DNA from: Azolla caroliniana
Taxonomy: Eukaryota > Plantae > Polypodiophyta
DNA: 64,000 bases
Reading direction: 5' to 3'
Assembly (NCBI GenBank): GCA_043228905.1
Contig: JBHGNT010000011.1
Coordinates: forward strand, 19,468,001-19,532,000
A program made the position numbers and the translations under genes. Under the pieces are notes generated by a model that did not search any database, was not told the DNA's origin, and saw nothing but the letters and a program-made list of their open reading frames with translations. Shown here piece after piece: positions 14,335 to 27,083 of this stretch (positions within the stretch are counted from its first letter, which is position 1; each line of letters begins with the position of its first letter).

Positions 14335-14886
14335 TGTCTATTAGTACTCATCGGGGCACAATAAGCCATCTCAATTGGTGTCTCGAGAGACCCCGGAAGG
14401 TTGTTTAGTTTCGATATGTGGACATTATGTAAGAATTTTAGGACCATGTGTAAGACATTTGCAGTCTCTTAGATCATGTGGATGAATTTCAATAATAGTT
14501 GGGACATTCGGCCCATCCGATCTTAGATTTGTTGGAAGAATGTGTGGTTTATCTGTTTCGATACATCCATGTCGGAAAAGCCTATGTATGGTGCAACAAA
14601 GATGTTTCTGGAGTTAAGGATTTTCATTGAACCCCCAAGGATCCTGTGTGTTGATAGTAGGACACATAAATACAAAGGTGTGTGCATTTTTATGAATGAA
14701 TGTCAATTCTTCATGATGGTGTTTTTTGTTTTCTCCCGTTGTTTTTGATCCTTACTTACATGCCCAAATAGATGTAGGAGTTTTTTGGGTTGGGGTAACT
14801 TACATTATAGTGAAGGAAACTAACTCTTTTCTTTTAAGTAGAGCCTACCGATTGTTATCTATCTTTCCCATATAAAGTTATGGCTA

Positions 14887-14982
14887 CAAATGAATCCGAT
14901 TCTCTATCTTTCGCGTCTCGATTGCAAATGAATCCGATTCTCTATCTTTCGCATCTCGATTGCAAATGAATCCAATTCTCTA
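14887..14982. repeat. 38-bp tandem repeat, ~2.5 copies
   Basis: caaatgaatccgattctctatctttcgcgtctcgattg at 14887, 14925 and partially at 14963. Confidence 0.9.
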
Positions 14983-14999
14983 GATCCCGACATTGTCAA

Positions 15000-16850
15000 C
15001 ATGAAGTTACATCCAATCAAAAATTTGATTGGTCTTCTTGGTTGGGAATGTTAACATATTGCCAAGCCATTGGGTAATGTGCGTTACGATTCCAGTAACT
15101 CGTGTTTGAATTGACTTGCAATTCATCAAACCTGGAGCATAGAAAAAATGGTAGAGTTGTTGTATGGGAGAACAAAAAGGAAGCACAAGTGAGTCCCAAT
15201 ATCTAGATATTGAAATTTTAGTGCTAATCGTTTGATGCAAAAATATTTTTATGAAATGGACGTCCTTGATAGTTGAAGCATCTCATATACTAACATTTAC
15301 ATGTGAGAGAACATGAGAAGTGCAAGGTTTGAGAAGATTTTGCTGGCAACTTTATTTAGTTAATGAATGATGGGGAAGACATCGAAATTTGTTCTTGGAA
15401 AGGCTCCATAGGAAACTCCAAACTTGGTTGGTGATTTCAGATGATGTTTCTATTACCCGGATTTTAATCTAAATAGCAAAACATGTTGTTATTGACTCCC
15501 TACTATTGACACTTTTATAGCTAGAGACATTGACATTATATAAGCGCCACAAATTTCCACAATAACTAATGTTGAAATTTCCAACAATAACAACATTGTT
15601 ATTTTCGGCATGTGGAGATGCCTAAAGTATGGTCATTAGTGATCGGTATAGAACCAATATTTTTGCCATTGCCGTCCTAGATTGTAGTTGGGAATCTTGC
15701 TATTTCCAACATTATTGCATGGGATAGCAATGTCAGAAATACTAGCATCACATACCAAGAAGGGATGCAAGTGTTTCTGGAAATTTCGACAATTAAAGAG
15801 ATCCCAAGCCAAAATATTGAAACCCATCACTAGCAATGGGCCCGGTTCGGTTCGGTTTCGGTGCCTTGAAACCAAACCAAACCCTTTATATAAAACAAAA
15901 ACCAAACGAAACCGTTTATGAACATTCAAACATTTAAACCAAACTATTTAAAAAAAAGGTAAACCAAACCATTTAAACCAAAACCGTTTAGGGAAAAGTT
16001 AAAACCTAGCCACATTTAAGCCAAGCTAATTAAAAAATTAATTAAATAAAAATACAAAAAATTAAATAAGCATTTATGTTAAAATAAATAAATAAATAAG
16101 ATTAATTGAGCCATTAGATTAAATAAACAATTAAGTTAAGTGAATTAAACCAATGAAAAACATTAATTAAACCATTAAATTACATAAACATTTAATGGAT
16201 AAAAAAAGATAGCCCAAAAACCTATAAACCCTAGTTTCAAAACCAAACCGAACTGAAACCGAACCGTTTATTATTAATTAAAACTAAACCAAACCATTTA
16301 ATTATTTTGGAACTTATAAACCTTTAAACCATGGTTTAACGGTTCGGTTTGGTTTAAGCCGAAACTGGGCCCATTGCTACCCATCACCATTTTCAAGTGG
16401 GTTGCAACATTTCGATGCACTAGGACATCAATCAAAAGAGAAGGAACAATTGTGGCGTTCAGTAAAGAGGCAAATGAAACGAGAAACTAAGGAGATTGTG
16501 TGAAAAGGGCTCAAACATTGTAATAGTCGTTTACGCTTCTTCTTGTCTTCTTGGGAACTTGAGCTATAGTAAAGCTTACCTTATTCAAGGTTTGGGAAAC
16601 ACTTTTGGCTATTTGGACAAATTCCGTGTGCCCTATCAAGCAATGCCTATTTTCTCCAATGGACAAGATTTTGGGCACTCAGGACCATTTGGATGGCCCA
16701 CAATACTAAGGTCTTCGATCGCAACCAATTGCATGAAGTTAGCTTCTTTAATTAATCCCTCAGGCAATCTCTATTTGATTGTCTGCAACTTAGAGACATC
16801 AGATTGCAGATTTACACTCTTTACTTTGAGTGCTTTTAAGCTCTTTCATG
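15000..16850 (-). pseudogene. Possible degenerate hAT-like transposase relic interrupted by a MITE
   Basis: Minus-strand fragment SYWNRNAHYPMAWQYVNIP (15017-15199 ORF) resembles the hAT C-terminal dimerisation motif W....YP.L..MA..YL.IP; the rest is frameshifted. Confidence 0.3.
15831..16379. mobile_element. Non-autonomous hAT-type element / MITE, 549 bp
   Basis: Perfect 13-bp TIR TAGCAATGGGCCC...GGGCCCATTGCTA; perfect 8-bp TSD CCCATCAC at 15823-15830 and 16380-16387; subterminal AAACCG/AAACCA repeats; AT-rich core. Confidence 0.95.
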
Positions 16851-16854
16851 TCTT

Positions 16855-19800
16855 AACACCGGGTCATTTGAAATAGGTAATATGTTGCATTCTCTTTTTC
16901 ATATCTTAGCGAGATGTTAAAAAATGCCTTATTTAACCAAAATTTCAAAAAGGCTTGATGCATGCGTATGTGGTTTATGAAAACATAGCAAAAAATAGAA
17001 CTAACTAATATCACGCCAACAAAATCATCCAACGTATATTGTATCTACCATGTTTTTGTCCAAATCTTAGACAAGGGTGTATTTGTTAATGCAAGTATAA
17101 TAGTAACACGAGTCCTTGTGCATATTCTAAAAAGCATACCCCATTGAATAAGTGACTTCTTCTAGTGACTTCTTCTAGTTAGCTCTTTCATCAAGATTGT
17201 CCTCATTAGCTTCGTCAGTACGCTAAGTTGAATCGTTAGTATGTTCAGACTCTGAAATGTCTTCTAATTCAACAAGGTGCCCTGCGTCTTCATCTATAGG
17301 CTCCACAGGTTCTCTAAAAGTGATTTGGAACATCTAAGTTTCATTGATATGCTTTGCCCCAACTTCTTGGTCTTGATCAGGACAACCCCAGATACCTTGG
17401 ATCCTCATTTTGATGAAATTAACTTGCTCAAGGTCCTTCTCTAATGCAACAGAGTTCCTGATCATCTTTAAGGCGCATGTTTTAGTAGTACATGACAATA
17501 GAATGAAATTGCACAAGTAACATCAAACTGAAGAATAGACTATAGCGTTAATCTAAATTGATGTAAGTTTTATATTATATACATGTGTCAGAAAATCCAA
17601 GTTTTTTTATTTTGTAATTTTTAAAAATTTTTCCATAAAAAAATTAAAAATGGATTTTCAACTAAAATACTATGCACTACATTATATTTTAGTCTATATA
17701 GTTAGAATCTAACACAATGCGTTGGATTAAAGTCGAAAATCCAATTTTCTTTTTTCTTTTTTCAATGTTATTTATTTATTTATTTATTTCCATATAAAAT
17801 AATAATAAATGGCATTTTAACTGAAATCCGATGCATTGCATCAAATTGTAGTCTATACAGCTAGACATCGATGCATTGCATCAGATTTTAGTTAGCAATC
17901 CTTTTTCTTTTCAATTGTTTTTCATTTTCTTGAAAAATAAATAAAATTATATTAAAAAAGTGGATTTCCAATTGAAATCTAATGCACTACATCGTATTTC
18001 AATTAAAAATCCAAATTTCTTTTAGTTTTTTCATAAAACAATGAGATAATAAAAATATATTACATTTTCAACGAAAATCTGAACCATTGAGTCGAGTTTC
18101 AGTTGAAAATAAATGATAAATGAAAAAACAAAAGAAAAATATTGGATTTTCAACGGAAATCCAATGCACTGAAAATGATGTGTTTTCACTGGATTTCGTA
18201 AATAAATATATAGAAATTGAAAAAATGGATTTACAACGGAAATCCGATGCACTACATCGGATTCCCGTTAAAAACACATAATTTTAAATGGAAAAAATCA
18301 CATTTTTTTATTTTTAACATTTTTTTAGGGAAACAAATAAGAAAATTGTATTCAAACAAGGAAAAGTGATCCATTTTTTCAATTTCTATATATTTATTTA
18401 TGAGAAAAATAAAAAAAATTCAAAAAAAATACAAAAAAAATTTAGAAAAATATGAAAATTTGGAAACACATAAGAAAAAGTGGACTTTCAATAAAAATCC
18501 GATGCAGTGCAGTGGATTTCCGTTGAAAACCCATTTTTTCAATTTTTATTTATTTATTTATGGTAAAAATTGAAAAAAAAAAAATACAAAACAAATTTCA
18601 AAAAATATGAAAATTTGGAAACACATAAGTAAAAATGGACATTCAACAGAAATCCGATGCAGTGCAGCGGATTTCCGTTGAAAACCCATTTTTTCAATTT
18701 TTATTTATTTATTTATGGGAAAAATTGAAAAAGTTGAAAAAAAATACAAAACAAATTTCAAAAATATATGAAAATTTGGAAACACATAAGAAAAAGTGGA
18801 CTTTCGACAAAAATCTGATGTAGTGCAACGGATTTCCGTTGAAAACCCATTTTTTCAATTTTTATTTTTTTATTTATGGGAAAAATTCAAACAATTTCAA
18901 AAAAATACAAAAGAAATTTCAAAAAATATGAAAATTTGGAAACACATAAGAAAAAGTGGACTTTCAACAGAAATCCGATGCAGTGCAACGGATTTCCGTT
19001 GAAAAACCGTTTTTTCAATTTTTATTTATTTATTTATGGGAAAATTTCAAAAAAATACAAAAAAAATTTCAAAAAATATGAAAATTTGGAAACACATAAG
19101 AAAAAGTGGACTTTCAACAGAAATCCAATGCAGTGCAGCGGATTTCTGTTGAAAACCCATTTTTTCAATTTTTATTTATTTATTTATGGGAAACAATTAA
19201 AAAATTAAAAACAAATACAAAAAAGAATTTAAAAAATATGAAAATATGGTAACAAATAGCAAAAAGTGGACTTTCAACAGAAATCCGACATCGGATTTCC
19301 GTTGAAAACCCATTTTTCAATTATTATTTATTTATTTATGGGAAATTTTTTAAAAATACAAAAAAAATATGAAATATATGGTAACAAATAAAAAAAAGTG
19401 GACTTTCAACAGAAATCCGATGCACTGCATCGGATTTCTGTTGAAAGTCCACTTTTTCTTATGTGTTTCCAAATTTCCATTAAAAGCTATTTTTCCAATT
19501 TTTACTTATTTATTTACGAGAAAAATGAAAAATGTTTATTTATTTATTTACGGGAAATGTTTGTTTTTTCCAATATTTATTTATTTATTTATTTGTTTAC
19601 GGGAAATTCATGCAATGTATCATATTTTAGTCTATGTAGTTAGAATTCAATGCAATGCATTATGTGTTAGTTGAAAATCAAAGAGTATTTTTTAATGGAA
19701 AATTTTAAAAAAATTCCAAGACTTACAACAGGAATATGATGCACCACATCCCATTCTAGATGTATAGAGTAAAATTTGACATGCTGCATCAAATCTAGAT

Positions 19801-20576
19801 GGAATGAATCGGATTTCTGTATGACATCAAAGGCTTACTATGAGAATCTAAGAAAAACGAAAAATATCTTTACGTCATTTTTTTATATTCTAATGATTTT
19901 GGTAGAAAGCTTCTCTCACATAATCAAATATCGTAAATAGAAAGTACATAATTAAATATCATAACCAAAAAGTGAGGAAGAAAGATGCATCAAGTACATC
20001 TACTCTTACATTGGATAATGTTTATATACTAGTGTATAACTTATCTTTGACCAAAACAAGTTATCTACGACAGACCACAATGAAGATACTAAAAGAGGAT
20101 ATGGAATGTGGCTTCAAACACAACACAAAGACAAACAAGAAGCATGGCTCATAACCTCGATGAGGTTGGATTGCAGTTGGATGAAGACAATGCATTAGTT
20201 GCCATTGATGATGAGGATGAGACCGCATAAACTCATACTAGTTCATCTAATGGGTATGAAGATGATGGCATAAACTTGAAAAATGATTGTCCTGATACGT
20301 TAACTATAAATGTTGTATGGTACATCAAGATTTGGATTCATGAATTTCTATAAATATTGGTGTTAGTCATTTTGGACATTAATTTATAAGTTTGGCATGT
20401 CCATTATTTAGGCATTTTTTTGAACACCTAAATTTCCGTACATGCTAAAAATCAATATATATTTTTTAAAAATCTTTTACGCACACCCCTTTTTGTGAAT
20501 CACCCTAATTTGTGTCATTTTTTGATGGAAAGTTCTCAAAATGCGACATATTACCTGTTTCAAATGTTCCGATGTT
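16855..20576. mobile_element. 3.7-kb TIR-bounded foldback-like DNA element
   Basis: 37-bp inverted repeats 16855-16891 and 20540-20576 (32/37 identical), flanked by TCTT on both sides; inner degenerate inverted arms ~17550-17720 and ~19610-19800; central palindromic satellite. Confidence 0.65.
18370..19480. repeat. Tandem array of ~155-bp AT-rich units, each containing a ~55-65-bp palindrome
   Basis: TGGACTTTCAACAGAAATCCGATGCAGTGCAGCGGATTTCCGTTGAAAACCCA core starts at 18481, 18636, 18797, 18957, 19107, 19267 and 19399; more degenerate copies at ~17650-18270. Confidence 0.95.
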
Positions 20577-21153
20577 TCTTATCCACACTAGAATATTTCT
20601 CTTTATTATTTGTGGGTTTTCACCTCACTTTGAGGTTTCCCACTAGTAATAAAAGTGTTACTTAAGAAAAAAAAACTTCCCTTATTCTCATATCATTCTA
20701 ATTTATAGTTATAACATTAAACTTCTTAATATGCCATGGGCCCCAAACATAAGATCTCATCTTAAGTATTTGGCTCGACTATAACTTGTTGGAGGAAACT
20801 CCCTAATACTAATATTTGTGTTGTCTTTTCTTTAGTTGTGAGAGAGATTTAGGAAGGTTGAGACAATGATATATTAAAATTGTAAGATCGATAGGATACT
20901 CTTCCGTTATGTGAGCATGCAAATTTTGTTCTAGTTTTGAGTCAACTGCTCCCAATCATGAAGTTTAACTTTGAGGATACTCATAGATATTATCAGGCTG
21001 CAAAAGAAGGTGAACAATTTATGATATGTGTCATTGAGTTCATCAAGCTTCATTAGATAAGGAGCATGAAAATGTGGACGATTGTAATTTCTCTTACCTA
21101 AACATTGTAACTTCTTCGTTTACACGTGATATATGTATGTTATGTATACTGCT

Positions 21154-23153
21154 CGTGTCTAACTACATACAAATATTAAAGAGGGCAAGTGAGGGAATCG
21201 CGAGCGTAGACGGTGCTGGTCGCTCAGCTGATGGCGCGTGCGATCTCCACCGCCCGATGTGGATAAAAGACTGACAACGTTTGTCACAAGGAGCCCCACT
21301 GTCTGGCAACCTCTATAACCAGGAGCCCGACTTTGTCAAAAGGAGCCCCATTGTCTGACAACCTCTATCACTAGGAGCCCGACTCATACCAGGAGCTCGA
21401 CTAACAAAGGGCGGGAGCTTGACTCAGAAACAAACATCAAAATCTCCAAAAAATTTCAAGTGTACAACAAATATTTGCCATGAAAATGATGCATAAAAAA
21501 TACTCAAAAAAAACTTCAACTTCGAATTGCACAAAACCTAAAACTTAAAACTCAAAAATCACACAAACTTATATCTCTAAGCTTCAAATAACAAATAAAC
21601 TTAAAGTTTCAAATAACAAGTCTTACATAAAAGATAAAAACGTCAAATGTCGACAATGGGAATAATCCAAGCCAAAAACCCTAAAATGAAATATGAATAT
21701 GCACGTTACATATTAAGATTATGGCTTATGTTGGGATGATGGCAAAATGCAACCACAAATTTAAAACATGTAACAATCGAGTCCCTTGAAGTCAAGGTCA
21801 AGCCATCACAACGCAAACACCGAACCTTCTCATGATCACATATTGGCAATCGCCTCCTAGCCCGACTTGCAACTTTTTATAGTTTTCCGGTGTGGGATTT
21901 GGAAGTGTTTGGGGAGCTATCAATAAGTTCTTGCGAGATGTCTATTGTTGTGCTTCTTTTGGCACCGATTGTTGGTTGCAACTTATTGATCTGCCATCTT
22001 CTTCGTTGGTTGATTTTGGTGCACCAATGCGATACACCTTCTCAGTCATATCTTCCAATGTTTGTATACATTCCAAAATAGTTGATGGTCGAAGGTTCCT
22101 AACCCTTGCTTGAGACATTGAAGTGTTTCCTCAGCCGTTTGTATTTTGCACTTCAATGATTCCATCTCTGATGTTGTGGGGTTTGTCTCCTCGACTCGTT
22201 TTACCTCTGTCTCCACTTCTATTTCTGTATTGTGGTCCATTCACATTTCTGTACTGAATAAATGCTTACATTTACTCACAAGGTCTTGGCAATCACAATA
22301 TGAGCATTGGAGTGAGAATTATACCATAGAGTGGGAGTCGTCATCATCAAATACATGCATTTGGGATCTAAACCCTAATCTAAACCTAGATTTCACCATC
22401 ATGCAATGCATGCAAGAGTTCCTAAAGCACAAACCAAGCATATTCATATGTCATCAAATGCATGTAACATAAACCCTAAACCCAACCCTACCACAACCAT
22501 CATCGAATACATGCATTTGGGATCTAAACCCTAATCTAAACCTAGATTTCACCATCATGCAATGCATGCAAGAGTTCCAAATGCACAAACTAAGCATATT
22601 CAGATGTCATCAAATACATGTAACATAAACCTTAAAACCAAAAAAGTTTCATAATTTCTAAACCCTAAACCCAAAACAAGTAAAAACCATTAAAATATAT
22701 ACATTTGGTGACAGGTTTTGTGGATCAGATGCGGGTGCAGGTGATTGGTAGGCGCTCTTCCCTCCTAAAACCCAGACGCTTTGTTTGAAAAATAGATGAA
22801 AATGACAGGCATTAGGGTTTTTATTGTTGACCAAAATAATGAGCAGGGCTCTTGCATAAGAATAGTAGGGCTCCTCGGGTTCCCATACCAATGAGTTGGG
22901 CTCCGCGGGCTCACTAGCCAGTGTGAGTCAGGCTCCTTAGCTAGTGAGTCGGGCTCATCGGGCTCCCAAAATACTGAGTAGGGCTCCTCGGGCTCCCCAA
23001 AGAGTGAACTTTTTAAGCACGGCTCTTTATTATTATCTACAACGGACGGTGTAGATCGCACGCGCGCTCAGCTGAGCGACCTGCACCGTCCCCGTCCATG
23101 CCCGCGATTCCCTCACTTGCCGTCTTTAATATAAATGTATGTAGTTAGACACG
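21154..23153. mobile_element. 2.0-kb non-autonomous element with ~115-bp TIRs (Mutator-like architecture)
   Basis: CGTGTCTAACTACATAC..AAAGAGGGCAAGTGAGGGAATCGCG...CGCTCAGCTGA...GCGCGTGCGATCT at 21154-21266 mirrors ~23030-23153; subterminal GGAGCCCGA/GGGCTCC repeats on both arms; no clear TSD. Confidence 0.85.
22342..22641. repeat. ~156-bp tandem duplication with AAACCCTA (telo-box-like) motifs
   Basis: catcatc(a/g)aatacatgcatttgggatctaaaccctaatc... at 22342 and 22498. Confidence 0.9.
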
Positions 23154-23170
23154 TTGATACTATATCTCTT

Positions 23171-23437
23171 GTATGTATGTGTGTATGTCTTGTATGTACG
23201 TACACTGTATGTATGTATGTATGTATGTATGTATGTATATAGTATGTATGTATGTCTTGTATGTATGTATATAGTATGGATGTATAGAATCTAGATTATG
23301 TATGTATGAATGTATGTACACAACTCTACTTCCAGAGGATGAGGATGTAATTCTACACTACATACTTAGTGATCAGACATGACTAACTTTAGCAATCAAT
23401 CTGTATCTACATACATACATACATACATACATACATA
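23171..23437. repeat. (TGTA)n / (TACA)n simple repeats in inverted arrangement
   Basis: Degenerate (TGTA)n at 23171-23320 and (TACA)n at 23408-23437, just upstream of the RRM gene. Confidence 0.9.
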
Positions 23438-23499
23438 CTGATACTGTCTGTATATGTACATACTTCCTTAACTAAATTAAGTTACATACTGTGGGGGCG

Positions 23500-25042
23500 A
23501 TGGCGGCAGGTGGTACTAAGGTCTTCTCCTTCTGTGGACATGGCGATGGAGGAAGGGCATCTCGCAACAAGGAGAACCGCATCTTCCTCTGCAACCCTGC
23601 TCCCCCCCCTCCCACGTTTCTCTCACTTCCTCCTTGCAGAAGAAGAGGAAGAAGACATGGCTGTTCCACTGCCGCCTCATCGCCATGCCGCTGCCTTCTT
23701 TACACGGCTTCCGTGCTCCCACCGACCCCCCTCTACTACCACATCCCCACCCCTCAGGGCATACCTGTGGGAACCACACTTTCCCTCCACAACCTCCCCT
23801 CCAACTGTGACACGGATGCTCTTATCCGCCATCTCAACTCCCCTGGTGCCTCCTCTGTACACAGCATCCAGGTAAAAATACTCCTCCTCTTTGTGTCTTA
23901 TTTTTCTTCCATAGTTTTCTTGCTCTTGAAAATTCTTGGCCTTTGATGCCCATGTATCATGGGTCTTCTAGGTTTCAAATCATCCTACAGAGGGCAATGC
24001 TTTTGGCTATGTTACACTGGGTAGCTTGGACCAGGCATGTGCTGTGGTTGCTCAACTCGATGGAGAAGTAAAATGTCTCTTGTTCCTTTGGTATATGTGT
24101 ATAACAAGTGCTTCACTGTTGTAGTTAAGTGGGTAAAGTTATTTGGTGGAGATCAGAAAGTCATGTGTCCAACCCATATATCCTACCGTCTGCATTGGCA
24201 TGTAGTAAAGCAGTGCTTATATGGTGTGAGACTTGAACCCAGGTGCATGGATTAGTAAAAACTCAACATATCAAGGCTGCATACTTGATATGGAAGGGAA
24301 GAAAAAGAGATGAGACACCGGGAGAATGTAATTCAGTTGGCGAGACTGTCTTGTGGAACCCAGAATGTCATGTATTCAACCCCTACATTCTGCCTGGTGC
24401 CATCTAGTAAATTTGATTTGAACCCAGGAGGCCAAATATGACATCTCTAAAAGACCATTATGGCACATGAGAGAAATCCGAGGAAAAGATTAGTACGTCA
24501 GTTTTATGATGTGATGTTAAGTTAGTATTTCATCTCTTGAATTGTTGCAAATACTCGTGAGTTAGCATTGGCTAATCCATATTCTTGTTACATAGACATT
24601 CCAAGGAAGATGTGTAAGGATCGATTTTGTGAAAAGAGAGCGGCACGTAAATATCCCTACCAGAATGTCCGCTTCCAAGCCCAAGAATGGGAATAGGGTG
24701 TACATTGGCAATCTGCCTTGGAGGATGAACGATATCACTCTTCAGCAACTGTTTAGTGCATATGGTACTGTGCTTGGGGCGAAAGTGGTTAGAGAAGAGA
24801 TCAACGGAAGATCTCGTGGCTTTGGTTTCGTAGTGATGTCAACATCAGCTGAAATGGAAAGAGCCATCGCTATGCTTGATGGTTGTGTAAGTAGTAGTAA
24901 TTTAACACTAGAAATTGTTTTTTCATTCAAAACAGCAAGTTGTTTTTTGCGGACAATTCTTATTATGTTTCTCTTGTTACAGGAGATTTCAGGCCAGACA
25001 GTGAGGGTCAGTGCAGCCGTTTCTCAGGAAAATTCTAGCTGA
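23500..25042 (+). CDS. Two-RRM chloroplast ribonucleoprotein (cpRNP; CP29/CP31/CP33-like), 4 exons, ~272 aa
   Basis: Exons 23500-23871, 23972-24067, 24596-24886 and 24983-25042, all GT-AG and phase 0. Ser/Arg/Pro-rich, acid-poor N-terminus (transit-peptide-like); RRM1 degenerate (LSLHNL, AFGYVTL); RRM2 canonical (VYIGNLPW, RSRGFGFVVM). Confidence 0.85.
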
Positions 25043-27083
25043 CATTCTCTTTGGTTCAAGGGCATAGATAGGTATTGTAAATATGGTTTGAGTTTTTCAT
25101 TGACATATATCCGTGCAAACATAATCGTTTTGCCGATAGAATTTGCCTTTGGCAACGACCATATGCCTTTTGCAGTAGAATATCATAATAAACAAGATGT
25201 TCCATGCAAAGCACGATGTGATGCACTCACTACCTGTGGGCCTTTCAAAAGGCTTGATCTACTGAAAATTTTCAAAATGATCATTTCGAGTAAATTATGC
25301 TACACATTGTGCTATCAATTCTTTATAGCACGATTACAATTTTATTTATCATGGATTTGGTTCTTGAAGCAGTCACAATGTAACATGTCTTTTGAAAGTC
25401 TAGAGTAATTATGGAGATTACATGCTTTCGTTAAACATCTCTCTATCCAAAGAAAAATGCATGTGGACCCTTACGTTTTGTTAAATCTACAGAGTCATGT
25501 CTTAGTATTGAAATCCATAAACTAATGATAATTGGATGATGGAGAAGATAGGTGCAAACACATTATGTCTAAATGTTTTGAATGGTGAACATCGCGAATG
25601 GGACACCATATGTGCAAATCAGAAGGCACCATTATGGGATGCCCAATTAAAATAAATAAATATAAAATATTCATTGCAATTTCCATGCTGTTTAGAAATC
25701 AAGAATTTGCGAAATCGTATCTTGCCCTTATCGAGAACTCATTGCTTAGAGATAAAAAAGAATAGCACACATCATGATCTATTCAAAACTAACAAGATGT
25801 TGAGGTTCCTTCTTCTCTCAATGTAGACCAGCAATTGTGTTTGTGGCAAATGCAATATAATCAAGATGTCTTGTGCAAGATGATGGGATAATACCGTAAT
25901 TAGTGTGCCTTATTGGGTCAATATTCGTAGTTATGTTTGCAATATGAGCGAAACCTGATCATGTATGTTATAAGCATTGGCATTGAAGCAATAAGAAATT
26001 GCTTGACGTGTTGGTTCAAGAAGAATTGTGAATGTTTTTATTGTCTTATATGAAGAATTGTGAATGTTTTTATTGTCTTATATATATGTTGGGAGAAATG
26101 GAATTGAAATTAGAGGGGTAATATTATTCTATTTATGTTCACATTTCGCAAACACTTAAAAAGTAATGTCTTCAAGAGTTGGATTTGTGAATAATTAGTT
26201 AGGGTGGTTTCAAACAATGTAAGCAAGAGAGGTTCCAATACTATTGTGAAAATTCGAATAAATTGTGATATCTCCCTTAGGCTCATTTGAATGAAGTGAG
26301 TTGAAATTCTTGACATTTGAAAATTAAGGTCTTTGAATCGTAACTTAATAGACACTTAAAAAACCCAAGGCAAGTCACCCGCACTAAATATAGTCAAATT
26401 CATCTGTTGACATTGTTTATAAAAAGAGCAGATTTAATAGACATAAACATGTTTGTGTTTTTTCATAAACATTGAGTTTTTGCATGGATTAAATAGGAGA
26501 AACATATTTTAGATATGTAATTTGTCATATACTTTTTATTAAGTAAACTCTAAATCTCAAATTGATGTAAAAACGTGTCAATATGTTAAAAAATGTAAAA
26601 GTGAGATATTGTCATAAGAAATTGCCCCTTTGCATTCTAATTGACTTAATATCACTGAATAATCTCTATACGATAATACTTAAACAACCTTCTTATGATA
26701 TCTTAATCCACAAGCCTTGTTTGTACATAATATAAGGCCAAAGGTGGTCAAAGTTTTACATAGCTTGTCGGACAATGGTGATTAAACATTTGTATGAAAA
26801 GCTACAACTATTTTAAAATAAATAGAAGTATATGGAGGGTTCGAAACTAGCTCACAATGTTTATACATAAATGCATTGGTTTTCCAATTCACAAGAGCAC
26901 AAAACGCATAAGCAAATGATACATTGCCATTGGCGTCAGAGTTATTTACGATGTAGGGCTATTGTTGGAATCTTACTTAGCCTTGCTATGTGAAATTGCA
27001 GAGGAGTAATGGATCCTCTCTCTCAACAAGGAACAGAGGATTAGTAAGAGGAAGAAGACACCACCTGGTCTCTGATCCTTGGA

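Noticed and set aside
18370-19480. CRISPR-like array (regularly spaced palindromic repeats)
   Set aside because: The sequences between palindromes are themselves repeated rather than unique spacers, there are no cas genes, and the context is an intron-containing plant genome; it is a tandem satellite.
18635-19674. Lys/Phe/Asn-rich ORFs in the satellite
   Set aside because: By-products of AT-rich tandem repeats.
23171-23437. miRNA-like hairpin from TGTA/TACA arms
   Set aside because: Pairing comes only from simple repeats; not diagnostic without small-RNA data.
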